The position numbers and the translations under genes were made by a program. From positions 40,575,697 to 40,609,130 of the forward strand of contig NC_068989.1 of assembly GCF_001194135.2 (NCBI RefSeq): a DNA stretch of 33,434 nt, given 5' to 3'. This document shows, one piece after another, positions 1 through 9,548 of this stretch. The notes under the pieces are model-generated. The model saw nothing but the letters and a program-made list of their open reading frames with translations, did not search any database and was not told the origin of the DNA. The stretch is from Octopus bimaculoides (taxonomy: Eukaryota). Positions within the stretch are counted from its first letter, which is position 1; each line of letters starts with the position of its first letter.

Positions 1-9
1 AAATTTGCT

Positions 10-360
10 TTAACCCTAACCCTAGGGTTACGGTTAGGGTTAGGGTTAATTGTTTCAGAATCGTTTGTTTATGTAGTCGGCACTTAATGTATATCGGCTG
101 AACGGACGTCAGTGATTGGTTGAAATTACAGAAATACGACAACTTTAATATGGAATAACTTATGGATTTATTTTTTTTTTAAAGAAGACTAAGAGAAAAA
201 GATGTTTTATATGACACGTTCTACCAGTGTTCCAAGTTTCAAAGTGTTTCGTTAATGAAAAATGTGGCCCCCGTTTTAAAAAAGATCCCGAAATCCTACT
301 AAGGAAGTTTGTAAACGGCTGTGATTTCATTTCCAGAATACTTTTCAACACAGCTAATTT
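10..360. repeat. Interspersed repeat starting with inverted telomere-like (TTAGGG) units; possibly a non-autonomous Helitron-like element cut by the window edge
   Basis: TAACCCTAACCCTAGGGTTACGGTTAGGGTTAGGGTTA at ~10-48. The family assignment and right boundary are inference only. Confidence 0.35.
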
Positions 361-944
361 AATTAGTTGTATTTAATTACTAGCATCAATAATCTTCGTG
401 CACGTATGCGTGTATGCGTGCGTGCATGAATGAGTGCGCAAACGTGTATGAACATGTTTGAAGATTGTTGATCGTGATAGAGGTCGTAAAATCTAGCATA
501 ATGTTTTACAATATACGCCCCGGAGTTTTCAGTTCAAATTACTGAGGTCATCTTCAGTTTTTATCATTATTAAATTAATAAGTTTTAAAGAACCCGCGAT
601 GCTTTTCATTCCGTTTACATTGACGTGAGGCTGCATTTTAATGTCTACATACATTTTTACATTCATCTTCATAATGTACAGCATTTGATATATGCTCGTT
701 TCAGTGATCAAGTTACTGGTATGTTTCTTAACCATTTTAATATGGAACAGTTCTCATTTTACAAATATACGACCGGTTGTACAATGACAAGGCTCATTGC
801 TATTAAAGTAAAACGAATAAGAAGATTGAGTCGTAGTAGATTCGTGTAGTGATCTTTGAAGTACAGTAATTAATGTAAGGCAATTTTATCATGCAGCAGT
901 TAGGAATTTAGATTAAAAAAAAAAGAAAAAATAATGGGTTGACC

Positions 945-1450
945 TGAAGGAGGGGTTCGAACCTCTCTGACAACAGGGTCACCATGGCGATGAGTTTTAC
1001 AGGGTTAACTGTTCTCTTGAGCGGTTGGACGTGGACGGTTTCAGAAAGATACGTACAGGAAGAGAATTCCAAAAGGCCTACACTCTTGAATCAGTAACTA
1101 GGCATAGTGGTTTGTGCAGTACTTTGAGAGTGTATATATGTTTGATGAGAGGAGAGTTGAATACATTGAAAGGCCCAGAACAGAGTCGGCAAAAAGTCAA
1201 CTAACTCTGAAGAAATAATACTATTGTATTAAGGGAAGAAAAGTCAGAGCTTAAGAGACAAAAGATTTTGGATTAGTTATGTTACTGAGCCTACTACGTG
1301 TCAGATAGTTGTTTTTGGCTTCTTTATTTATGTTAGGGGGTTTCTTTTTTTCTTATGGAAGCGGTTTAGGATGCCTATGAGTGTAGCAGCTGTACTGTCT
1401 CTCAGTTCAAAGCAGTACTCCATTCAGGGTATTAGATATAAGAAGATTTA
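945..1450 (-). mobile_element. Decayed CR1/L2-group LINE, 3' end of ORF2
   Basis: Minus-strand translation gives AFWNSLPVRIF near 1040-1075, matching the typical CR1/L2 C-terminal 'LWNSLP..VF' motif. Many stops and frameshifts. Confidence 0.55.
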
Positions 1451-1549
1451 AAGAGTATTAGATATAAATGTATTCCTCGGACACGTATATCGTCGAATGA
1501 GGAAATTTTTGATTATGTCAAATATCATTATAATGTTGAAAGGAAAATC

Positions 1550-1945
1550 AGTGTCTCAAACTGAAAACAACAGCCACAGTAAAAGTAACAATAATGAGTA
1601 CAACAAAGAGAACAAGTAAAACAAAGACAAGAAGCACCATACAGAAAATCATAACAATAATAACCAGGGGAAAAACAGTGAGATGCACAGCAATAACAAC
1701 CACATGGAAGACAGCGACAACAACAGCAACATGGATTATAACAACAACAGCAAGCACAGCAAATTCAACAACGACAATAACGGTAGCTGCAACAACAATA
1801 GTAGAAGTAGCATAGATAACAACAAACCCATCAAGAAACACGAATAATATCTACGTTAAAAACAACAACAATCAGAGGATCGAGTGACAATGGTGTAATG
1901 ACAGCAACCGACAATGATAATAACAGCAACAACAACAACTTTTGT
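1550..1945 (+). repeat. Degenerate (AAC/ACA)n low-complexity tract
   Basis: Run of imperfect AACAAC/AGCAAC units; explains the Thr-rich and Val-rich ORFs at 1548-1841. Confidence 0.85.
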
Positions 1946-2062
1946 TATATAGAGCCATGAGAGAGAGACTTTCTACAGTCCCTCATGTTTCTAGAAATAG
2001 ACGTCAAAACCCCTTCAAATCACACTGTACCCTCTTGAATATTAATAGAATAACTTGAATAA

Positions 2063-2272
2063 TTTTCTACTATAGACACAAGGCCTGAAATTTTGCGGTG
2101 AAGGACTAGTTGATTACATCGACCTCAGTGTTTAACTTGTACTTATTTTATCAACCCCGAAAGGATGATCGGCAAAACCGACCTCGGTGACGTCTGAACA
2201 CGGAGCGTAAAGCCGGGGAAAATGCCGCTAAGTATTTTGTCCGGTACGATAACGATTCTGCCAGCTCGCAGC
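2063..2272 (-). mobile_element. tRNA-derived SINE, family 1 (Meta/MESC-like central domain), near full length
   Basis: Minus strand shows an A-box-like TGGCAGAATCG head, a B-box-like GTTCAGACG, a GAGGTCG...TCATCCTTTCGGGGTTGATAAAATAAGTAC core and a GGCCTTGTGTCTATAGTAGAAAA tail. The domain name is from memory. Confidence 0.85.
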
Positions 2273-2849
2273 AATGATGCTTTGAATAATACAGTTCTTG
2301 CTACACAAGATGGTCACGGTTGGAATGACGTCTAATTAAAGACGTTTTCAATCAGGCTTTACTTGAGACTAAATTTACAACTATCGAACCAAAAGGGGTT
2401 CTTACATGTAACTACTCAGCCTGCTAGAAATAGCAGCCAAATCTTTAAGTTTGGCTGCTATTTCCACAAAAGAAGGAAGGAGACATCGTTTAATGTAGCT
2501 ATTATATACTATATTTCACTGATCTATGTGATCACAGTTGAAATGTCTTATTTCATTGGTTAATTCGATTCGAAGCTAACCTGGGGCTAAATTACAACTC
2601 AATGAATAAACAACTATGGTTATACAATGAATAAACAACTACGCGAATGATAAATGTGCTAGAAATGGTAAACTAATTTCCTTTAATGTGCATTATACAC
2701 TTTAAAGAAAAAGAGTATTGACACGCCTTAGATAACATGGTTCTAGAGACATCTAAAAATATCGGATTGCTACAGCTAGAATGCTTTGATCGTATGTAGA
2801 TCTTTTTGATCAGGACTGACCGAGGATTAAAGAATCAGAACCAAAAGAA

Positions 2850-3113
2850 CAGCAGTAATAACAACAACAGCAACAAGAAAACCAGCTGTAATAAAAACAA
2901 TAACAAACAGCTATAGCGATCGAAAAACAGCTATGGAGAACAAAAAATAAAATATATAAATAAAGCTGTGTAGACTGAAAAAGAACAAAAAGCACAATAA
3001 CAACATTTATAATAACAACATAACAAACTAACAAATCTTAATAATAATAACAATATTGAAAAAGAGCAATAGCTTCAACACAACCACAGCCACAAAAAAA
3101 AAAAAAAAAAAAA
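2850..3113 (+). repeat. Degenerate (AAC/AAT)n low-complexity tract ending in poly-A at a gap
   Basis: Imperfect AACAAC/AATAAC repeats. Confidence 0.8.
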
Positions 3114-3190
3114 NNNNNNNNNNNNNNNNNNNNNNNNNNNNNNNNNNNNNNNNNNNNNNNNNNNNNNNNNNNNNNNNNNNNNNNNNNNNN
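3114..3190. other. Assembly gap
   Basis: N run. Confidence 1.
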
Positions 3191-3619
3191 TTGGAATTAC
3201 ATTAAATGAATCATTAAATTTTCCACTAAATTTCCTTCTCACATATCCCACCCCACTTCTCACTAAAATTTTAAATCAAAAACTTAATAAATAATAGATA
3301 GATAAATAAAACTAATATTAATATTTGTGATAAATTAATGCTATTATATGTTGTTTTTTTTAATGTATTTATTCATTATTAGATGAATTAATGTTTTATC
3401 TTTAGTTTGTTTTGATTTTTTTTTGTTTTCATATATTTTTGTATACATTCTTATTTATTTCGTTTTTTACATTTTTGTCTTTGAAATTCTATCGTTTATC
3501 TTCGACCACTTCACATAATATTTCTGAATAATAATTTCACAATATCCACAAACCATTAAGTGTTTATATTCATATTTTATTCTGACTCACATCACTTCAC
3601 CATCTTTCTAAAAACTGCT

Positions 3620-4902
3620 TTTAATGGAGGATCACGACCGGGAATTTTGAGGCAAAGGAAGGACAGCTGGGTTGATGACATTGATTTCATTACTTGAATG
3701 ACACTTGATTATTTTATCGGCACCCGAGCGATAAACAATAAAATTTGTCCCTAGTGAAATTTGAACAGAGAACGTAAAGTGCCGAAATTACAAAGAACTA
3801 TTGTCGGACGTCAAACTATTCCGCGAGTCTGTAGCCTCTGAATTTTATTTCTTATTTAGATTGGTAATTAATTTTGTTGGGATACTATCGATCCTATTAT
3901 ATGAGTGGTACTTTATTATATATCATGTCGACGTTGAAAGGATGAAAAGTAAAACTAGCCTCGGCGGGGTTTGAACTCAAAGCGCAAAGGGGAGAAACAA
4001 ATTATTTTATACGACGCTCTATAGATTCTACCAAATCACTGCCCAAATTATTGTTTTGAATTTAAGCACACGGTCAGTAATTTTGAGGGGGATATGTTAA
4101 GAAGTGCCGCTGACCAATATTCTTTTCAAATTTTGGCACAAGGCCAGCAGTTTCGGAGGAAGAGGTAAGTCGATTACATCGAGCTTACTGGTACTAATTT
4201 TATCCATCCCAAAGGGATGAAAGGCAAGGTCAACCTCAGCAAAATTTTGACTCTGGACGAAAAGACAGACGAAATACCGCAAAACATTTTGCTGGGCGTG
4301 CTAATAATTCTGCCAGCTCACCGCTCTGTCGTCGACCAATATTGAGTGGTAATTTAAGTTATTGATTCGTGAACAACGAAAGGCAAATTAGACCTCAGTG
4401 GGATTTGAACTCAAAACGCAAAGATGCAGATTAAATACTACAGGGCATTTTGTTTGGTGATCTAACGATTCAGCCAAATCGCTTCTTTAGAAACAAAGCT
4501 AGCTTTCTGATATAGGCACAAAACCAGCCAGTACGTGAGAGTACTTTATTTATCGACATTGGAATGATGAAAGGCAAAGTTTATCCTCGGCGAAATTTAA
4601 ACTTAGAACGTTGAGGGCTACAAGGCATTTTATTTGGTGATGTAACAATTCTGCCAATCTGCCACCCCGAAACATATTTTCTAATTTAGGTACAAAGCCC
4701 GTAATTTTGAGGAGGGTAGGCTAGCCGATACCGTTGACCTCAGAACGTGATTAGCAATTTATTGTATGGACAATAGCAGAATAAAAGGTATTGTTGACCT
4801 CAGCGGCATCTGAACTCAGGTTATTGAATATGAAACTGTGAAAGGTTTCAGTAGAAATACAGAAAATTATTTTGACCGACGCTCTGACAATTTTACAATT
4901 CT
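3620..4902 (-). mobile_element. Cluster of about 6 diverged family-1 SINE copies, all minus strand (~3620-3830, 3880-4050, 4122-4325, 4370-4485, 4505-4668, 4680-4902)
   Basis: Recurrent plus-strand AAGG(A/G)TGAAAGGCAA(A/G)GTC(A/G)ACCTC...ATTTGAACTCA core with a GATTCTGCCAGCTC-like head end. Boundaries are approximate. Confidence 0.8.
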
Positions 4903-5065
4903 TTTCTATTCTAGGCACAAGGCCGAAATTTTAGGGGAGGAAACCAGTCGATTAGATCGACTGCAGTACGCAACTGGTACTTAATTTATCGACACCGAAA
5001 GGGTGAAAGGCAAAGTCGACCTCGGTGGAATTTCAACTCGGAACGTAAAGACAGACGAAATACCA
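4903..5065 (-). mobile_element. 3' part (B box, core, tail) of a family-1 SINE split by Tx1-like insertions
   Basis: Begins on the minus strand at TGGTATTTCGTCTGTCTTTACG. B-box-like GAGTTGAAATTCC at 5027-5039. Tail GGCCTTGTGCCTAGAATAGAAA. Flanked by TSD copy 4884-4902. Confidence 0.92.
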
Positions 5066-5300
5066 ATTTCTTTAATGCCCACAGGGGCTAAACTTAGAAA
5101 TGGACAGAACAACTGATGGGATCGATAAATTGGTATGATTTTACATAAAATGTGACTTTTAAAATTAAATGAAATATAAAAAAAATCGAATGAAATTAAC
5201 AATACAGGGACAATACAAATGAAGCGATGATCAGGCCACGTTCCGACCCCACAAGCCCCGATCTATCGCTGGTATCTTTTTTGTTCTCTTTTTCGTCTAT

Positions 5301-5958
5301 TCACACGGTTCCTTTCATGTACAACACCGGTGCTACACGATTCCATCTCTTGTGGAACGTACACTCTGACAGACAACTCCTCTCCAGCCATACTTTCCTT
5401 TTCAAATGCTGACACAATCTGTGTGTGCCTCACATATTGTGTTAAAGTCTCCTAACAATACGAGTGAATGCGACGTGGCCAGGAACTTGTCCATGTCACG
5501 AAAATATTCACTTTGCGGGCCCATAATGTTGGGTGCATAAATAGCAACTAGCCTGATTATCTTGCCACAACTGAATGTCAGGTCAAGAGCGACCAACCTG
5601 CTTTTTGGGTTAGAAAAAAAAACAACTTTTTCTCGGCTACTCGGTTTCTTTTAAGTAGGATCAACACCCCACCTCCTGCCCGACTCGGNNNNNNNNNNTG
5701 GGTTAGAAAAAAAAACAACTTTTTCTCGGCTACTCGGTTTCTTTTAAGTAGGATCAACACCCCACCTCCTGCCCGACTCGGAGAAACGTAATTCTCATAG
5801 TCGTTCAGGAGGGAGAGCAGATCTCTTCGCCCCTTTACCCAGGTTTCCGTTGCAACAATCATATCCAATTTTCTTGACCTGATGTCATTTAGGAAGCGTT
5901 CTTGCTTCCAGATAGACATCAGGCCTCGAACATTTACACAACCAATGTGAATAGACAT
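5301..5958 (-). pseudogene. ORF2 remnant of element B: APE endonuclease fragment fused to the last ~35 aa of ORF2
   Basis: MSIHIGCVNVRGL...IVATETW...GGGVLILL...RLVAIYAPN...LVLLGDFN are APE motifs of L1/Tx1. After a frame change at ~5410 it reads HLKRKVWLERSCLSECTFHKRWNRVAPVLYMKGTV* (stop 5301-5303). No RT motifs. Confidence 0.85.
5689..5698. other. 10-N gap with ~84 bp duplicated on either side (assembly overlap)
   Basis: 5605-5688 repeats 5699-5782. Confidence 0.85.
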
Positions 5959-5968
5959 GACTTACCTG

Positions 5969-7234
5969 TTAATCAAGGCTGTCCGGTGGAGAGGGACCCT
6001 CCACCTTTTCTTGATACAAGGTCGGAAGTGACAGGTCTTGGAAAATAGATCGGTTAAAATCCAGTCTCATTACTGACACAGACTTTCTATACGTATTTAA
6101 TAAAATATTATGAGTCTTTTTGTCCATTTCATATAGTTCATAATTTTTGTATTTGTCCGACAGCTCTGCTATCCTGGTGGATAATTTTTTTGGTTCTTAT
6201 CTCTCTCATTAAATCCTCATTTTTACTATGTAGTGCCACAATTCCTCTGTCCGCTACTTCTTTCCTTGTTGTTTTTGGTTGGACTATTTTTGCTGTCTTT
6301 TTTGGTCGTGGTTCTATTTGTTTTGGTTGGTTTATATTTTCTATTTGTCTTTTGCTAGTTACTTTCTTTTCTGTTTCTTTTTCTTGCTCCTTATCTTCAG
6401 ATTCCTCCTCGCCTTCCCTGCAGTATTTTTTTTATATGACCTAGCTGGCAACACAGAAAACATCGGGGTTGACGCCCCTCGACAAAAACTTTGAGGAACT
6501 GCTCCCCAATTTCTATTTTTGCTGGAAACTGTTCCAATACAGCTTGTTGTGTTTGAAGAATCAGGTGGACCGTGTGGCCAGTCCTATTTGCTTTTTGAAG
6601 TAGTTTTATCTCATCTACTCTTTTTGATAGGACTGCCGCCATCAACTACATAGGGTCGACTTGAGGTGGGACCTTTGGTATTTGTATTTTGGCTGTCCTC
6701 ATACCCATGTATATTGGTATTAAAATCACGTCTTCTGTTTCCAATGATTTCACCGAGTGCAACTGTGCCGTTTCAATATTTTTTAGGTGTACTTCGATGG
6801 TACAGAACATTTTCTCTCTGGCTAGATATGTGATATCCTGCCAGGTGGGTTTTAAACATTTCTGTACCTTTTTCTCGTTTACGCGCTAGATTTTTCTTTC
6901 TTAGTTTTTTTCTTCTCTCTCAGTAAAAACTTTTCTTGCGGTTGAACCTTGACAACGCCGTCTTGAATTGTTATCATGTCCTTGTACATCAACAAATCAC
7001 TTTTATTCGTCGACAGTTGGCGAGTTTTATCTCCAGCTGCAGACGTAAAGCTTCTTTTCTGTTTGCCTTCCTCTGTTTGAAGGCTTTTCTCCTCGATGTT
7101 CCTCCTTGCAACGGGAGTCCTTGATAATAGTGGGAATTCATTTTCAGACGAATCTGAAATATCTTACAATAATATTTTTTTCAACTTTCTTGATCATTCG
7201 AATCCTCGTCAGACGAAGACAAGCTTTTTGGCAT
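5969..7234 (-). pseudogene. ORF1 (gag-like, zinc knuckle) of element B, disrupted
   Basis: MPKSLSSSDEDS... then VQKCLKPTWQDITYLAREKMFCTIEV...IPIYMGMRTAKIQIPKVPP...VFVEGRQPRCFLCCQLGHIKK...PSPPDSLD* (TAA 5969-5971), ending 10 nt before the ORF2 ATG at 5958. Contains internal stops and frameshifts. Confidence 0.78.
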
Positions 7235-7819
7235 CTTGCCAGCAATTAAAGTTTCCCCCTACAGGGGAAAACACACAATAGTATTGTAGTTCGCTTGAAG
7301 CGTTCTGTATTGTTTGTAAAGAATAAAAAGTTTAGAATGGTACAACAATGCACTATTGAACAAAAAAAATGGATTGTTGTAATTTGGTTATCTATAGTCC
7401 GATGATATTTCGGAATTACAATTCCTTCTTCAGATCTTCTTAGCTGGAGACTCTGCTATAAAAAAACTATTATACAAATTTAAACAAGGACAGCAAATAC
7501 AACAGGCAACAAAAACTACACTTACTATATCAACGCACTTCGGTAACAATACCAACACTTCCAACTCACAGAGACGGGATACCGATTTCTTTATTAGGCA
7601 TAAAGCCCTAAACATAAATGCGGGCACCACAAGGACAGACAAGACCACAGTGGGGACAAAAAACATAAAACGAAAGTAAATGAAATGAAAATTATATAAA
7701 AATGAAAAAAAAATGAAAATGCACGCATGGGCCCCACTCCCATGCAGTACCATTTGAACCGTTATATGTATTATTTACTATTGTTCTTTTTTTTCCTTTA
7801 ATTTCATACTTTTTTGTCT

Positions 7820-9105
7820 TTAGTAGCACTTCATTAGTGGTTCGATATCTCTCAAATCCATCACTGGTGGCAACTCTTTAAATTCCACCTCCACTTCTTG
7901 CGGGTCAACGTTATCTCCACACATCTCTTTCAATTTTCTGTAGTTTTCCTCTTCGATCAATATTGCCTTCATATCCTCCGCGTAGACGTATGAAGGCACC
8001 TTTACTCTTATTATTGAATGTAACTTGATTTTTTTTTTCTCTGTTTCAACATTTTTTGGTACGTTACTTAATACCATACTCCTTCTCCTCGTATCTTTTT
8101 TCCTTTCTCTTGGACTTTTGGTTCTCTCTTTTCTTCCTCCATAAATAGTCTCTCCTTCTCACTTTCATACAGTTGGCTTTCCGACACTTTCTCCACTGGT
8201 AACTCCACTTTCTTTTTCCTTCCTACTGCCCTCTTTCACAGTTTCTTAACACCCCCCCTTCTCTCTTCTTTTTCTGCTTCTCTGGCGGAGAACTCATTCC
8301 TCTGCTCCTCCTCCTTTTCTTTATAACTATAGTGAATCTCTTCTCCGCTTCTTTTTCCGTTACCTTGTCCTGTACTACCTGGTGCACACTCTCCTGTCTC
8401 TCCTCCTGTTCTGGTTGTGACTTTCTTTGGGTTCAACATGCCTTCATGTGGCTCCTTTCTCCACATGTGAAACACACTGACGGCCTACCCTCCACAGTAA
8501 CTCTCAGTCTCACATCTTCTGACAGCACAATCTCCTCCACACACTGTCCAAGTCCTCTGTTGTTGCCTAAATCGTTAATTCGATCCCATATCCCCACTAA
8601 TCTACCTTCTGGGTCTTTGTAGCCTTCAGTATCTTCCCGTCTTTCTTATTATATATTATGGCTGTCATCAGCCATTCTTCTTTCATTTCGGGTGGCACCT
8701 TACCCACTCGCACCTCGGCCACACGTTTGCCGCAGTACGAACGCTAGAGCACCCATTCCTCTGTCCTTATTGCCTCTGTGGAGTTCTTTATTGCTTCCTC
8801 CTCGTTGTGAAGCGCACCTCCACAGTGGCGTATCTTCTCCCTCTCGTAATATATGTCATGAATCTTTTTATATTCTTAACACATTCTTCTATGGCATCTA
8901 TTGCTGCTATTTATAGCTTTCTTGTGGTTGCCTTCATGGTTTTGAATATAACCGTTCTTTTTTGTCACGTTGACCGATAGCTCTTCAGGCGGTGTCAGCT
9001 TCAAAATGTTTCCTTCCTTTGTGATTAATTTCTCACTCTCCTTCATCTTTCTAAGCTCCACTTTTATCTCGCATAACTTGGGTCTGCCTCCGGCTCCTTC
9101 TCCAT
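7820..9105 (-). pseudogene. ORF1 (gag-like, zinc knuckle) of element A, disrupted
   Basis: MEKEPEADPSYA(fs)EIKVELRKM...FMTYITRGRRYATVEVRF...YCGKRVAEVRVGKVPPEMKEEWLMTAII...VTVEGRPSVCFTCGERSHMKAC...IEPLMKCY*. Collinear with ORF1 of element B. Confidence 0.75.
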
Positions 9106-9154
9106 TTTCCCACAATGGGAAACAAAATAACAATTAACGAATTAACAACTTTGA

Positions 9155-9219
9155 CAACAATTCAATCAACAATGGCAGCAATTCAAGCAACAATTCAATC
9201 AACAATGGCAACAATTCAA
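9155..9219 (-). repeat. Two 33-bp tandem units in the 5'UTR of element A
   Basis: CAACAATTCAATCAACAATGGCARCAATTCAA at 9155-9186 and 9188-9219, one mismatch. Confidence 0.9.
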
Positions 9220-9259
9220 TAAACAGTTCAACATAAACTCACGTATCAACTTCACAGAG

Positions 9260-9309
9260 ACCGCTAAGCAGTTCGACCGTCGTGCTAACTTTTCTACCGG
9301 TTCACCGCC
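9260..9309 (-). mobile_element. 5' head (A box) of the split family-1 SINE
   Basis: Minus strand GGCGGTGAACCGGTAGAAAAGTTAGCACGACGGTCGAACTGCTTAGCGGT, stopping where element A starts. TSD copy 9310-9328. Confidence 0.9.
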
Positions 9310-9354
9310 CTGACAATTTTGCAATTCTACCACCCTACAGGTACTTTGAATAGT

Positions 9355-9548
9355 CCTTTCTATTATAGGCACAAGGCCTAAACTGTTGAGCAGGGACATA
9401 GTCGATGTAATCGACTCTACTACTTGATTGATACTTATTTCATTGACAATGAAAGAATAAAAGGAAAAGTCGAGCTCGGCAGAATTTGAACTCAGAACCT
9501 AAGGACGGTTGAAATGCCGATAAACATTGCGTCAGCCAGCTCGCCACC
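9355..9548 (-). mobile_element. Family-1 SINE, near full length
   Basis: Head, core and GGCCTTGTGCCTATAATAGAAAG tail. Confidence 0.8.

Larger units (their letters stand above)
5066..7572 (-). mobile_element. L1/Tx1-clade non-LTR element 'B': 5'UTR, ORF1, internally deleted ORF2, 3'UTR
   Basis: Starts TCTGTGAGTTGG. Has a zinc-knuckle ORF1 and an APE endonuclease N-terminal half. Ends ...TAGCCCCTGTGGGCATTAAAGAAAT. Flanked by target copies 5054-5065 and 7573-7584. Confidence 0.85.
7585..9259 (-). mobile_element. L1/Tx1-related ORF1-only element 'A' (HAL1-like non-autonomous)
   Basis: Starts CTCTGTGAAGTTG. ORF1 homologue at 9105-7820 is followed directly by a ~235-nt T-rich 3'UTR ending GGGCTTTATGCCTAATAAAGAAAT. 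No ORF2 motifs. Confidence 0.8.

Noticed and set aside
529-849. Short opposing ORFs (68 and 74 aa)
   Set aside because: No recognisable motifs; the length is expected by chance.
1548-1841. Thr-rich and Val/Ile-rich ORFs (mucin-like or membrane-like)
   Set aside because: Translations of a degenerate (AAC)n tract; the same applies to 2810-3034 and 30088-30330.
2600-2641. 17-bp direct repeat CAATGAATAAACAACTA separated by 8 bp
   Set aside because: Most simply a local slippage duplication; no element lies between the copies.
5605-5782. Apparent 84-bp tandem duplication in the endonuclease coding region
   Set aside because: The copies are identical and straddle a 10-N gap, typical of an unmerged contig overlap.
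5066-9259. Reading A and B as one element with two ORF1 genes
   Set aside because: A complete 3' tail, a target duplicate and a new 5' terminus at 7573-7585 separate them into two insertions.
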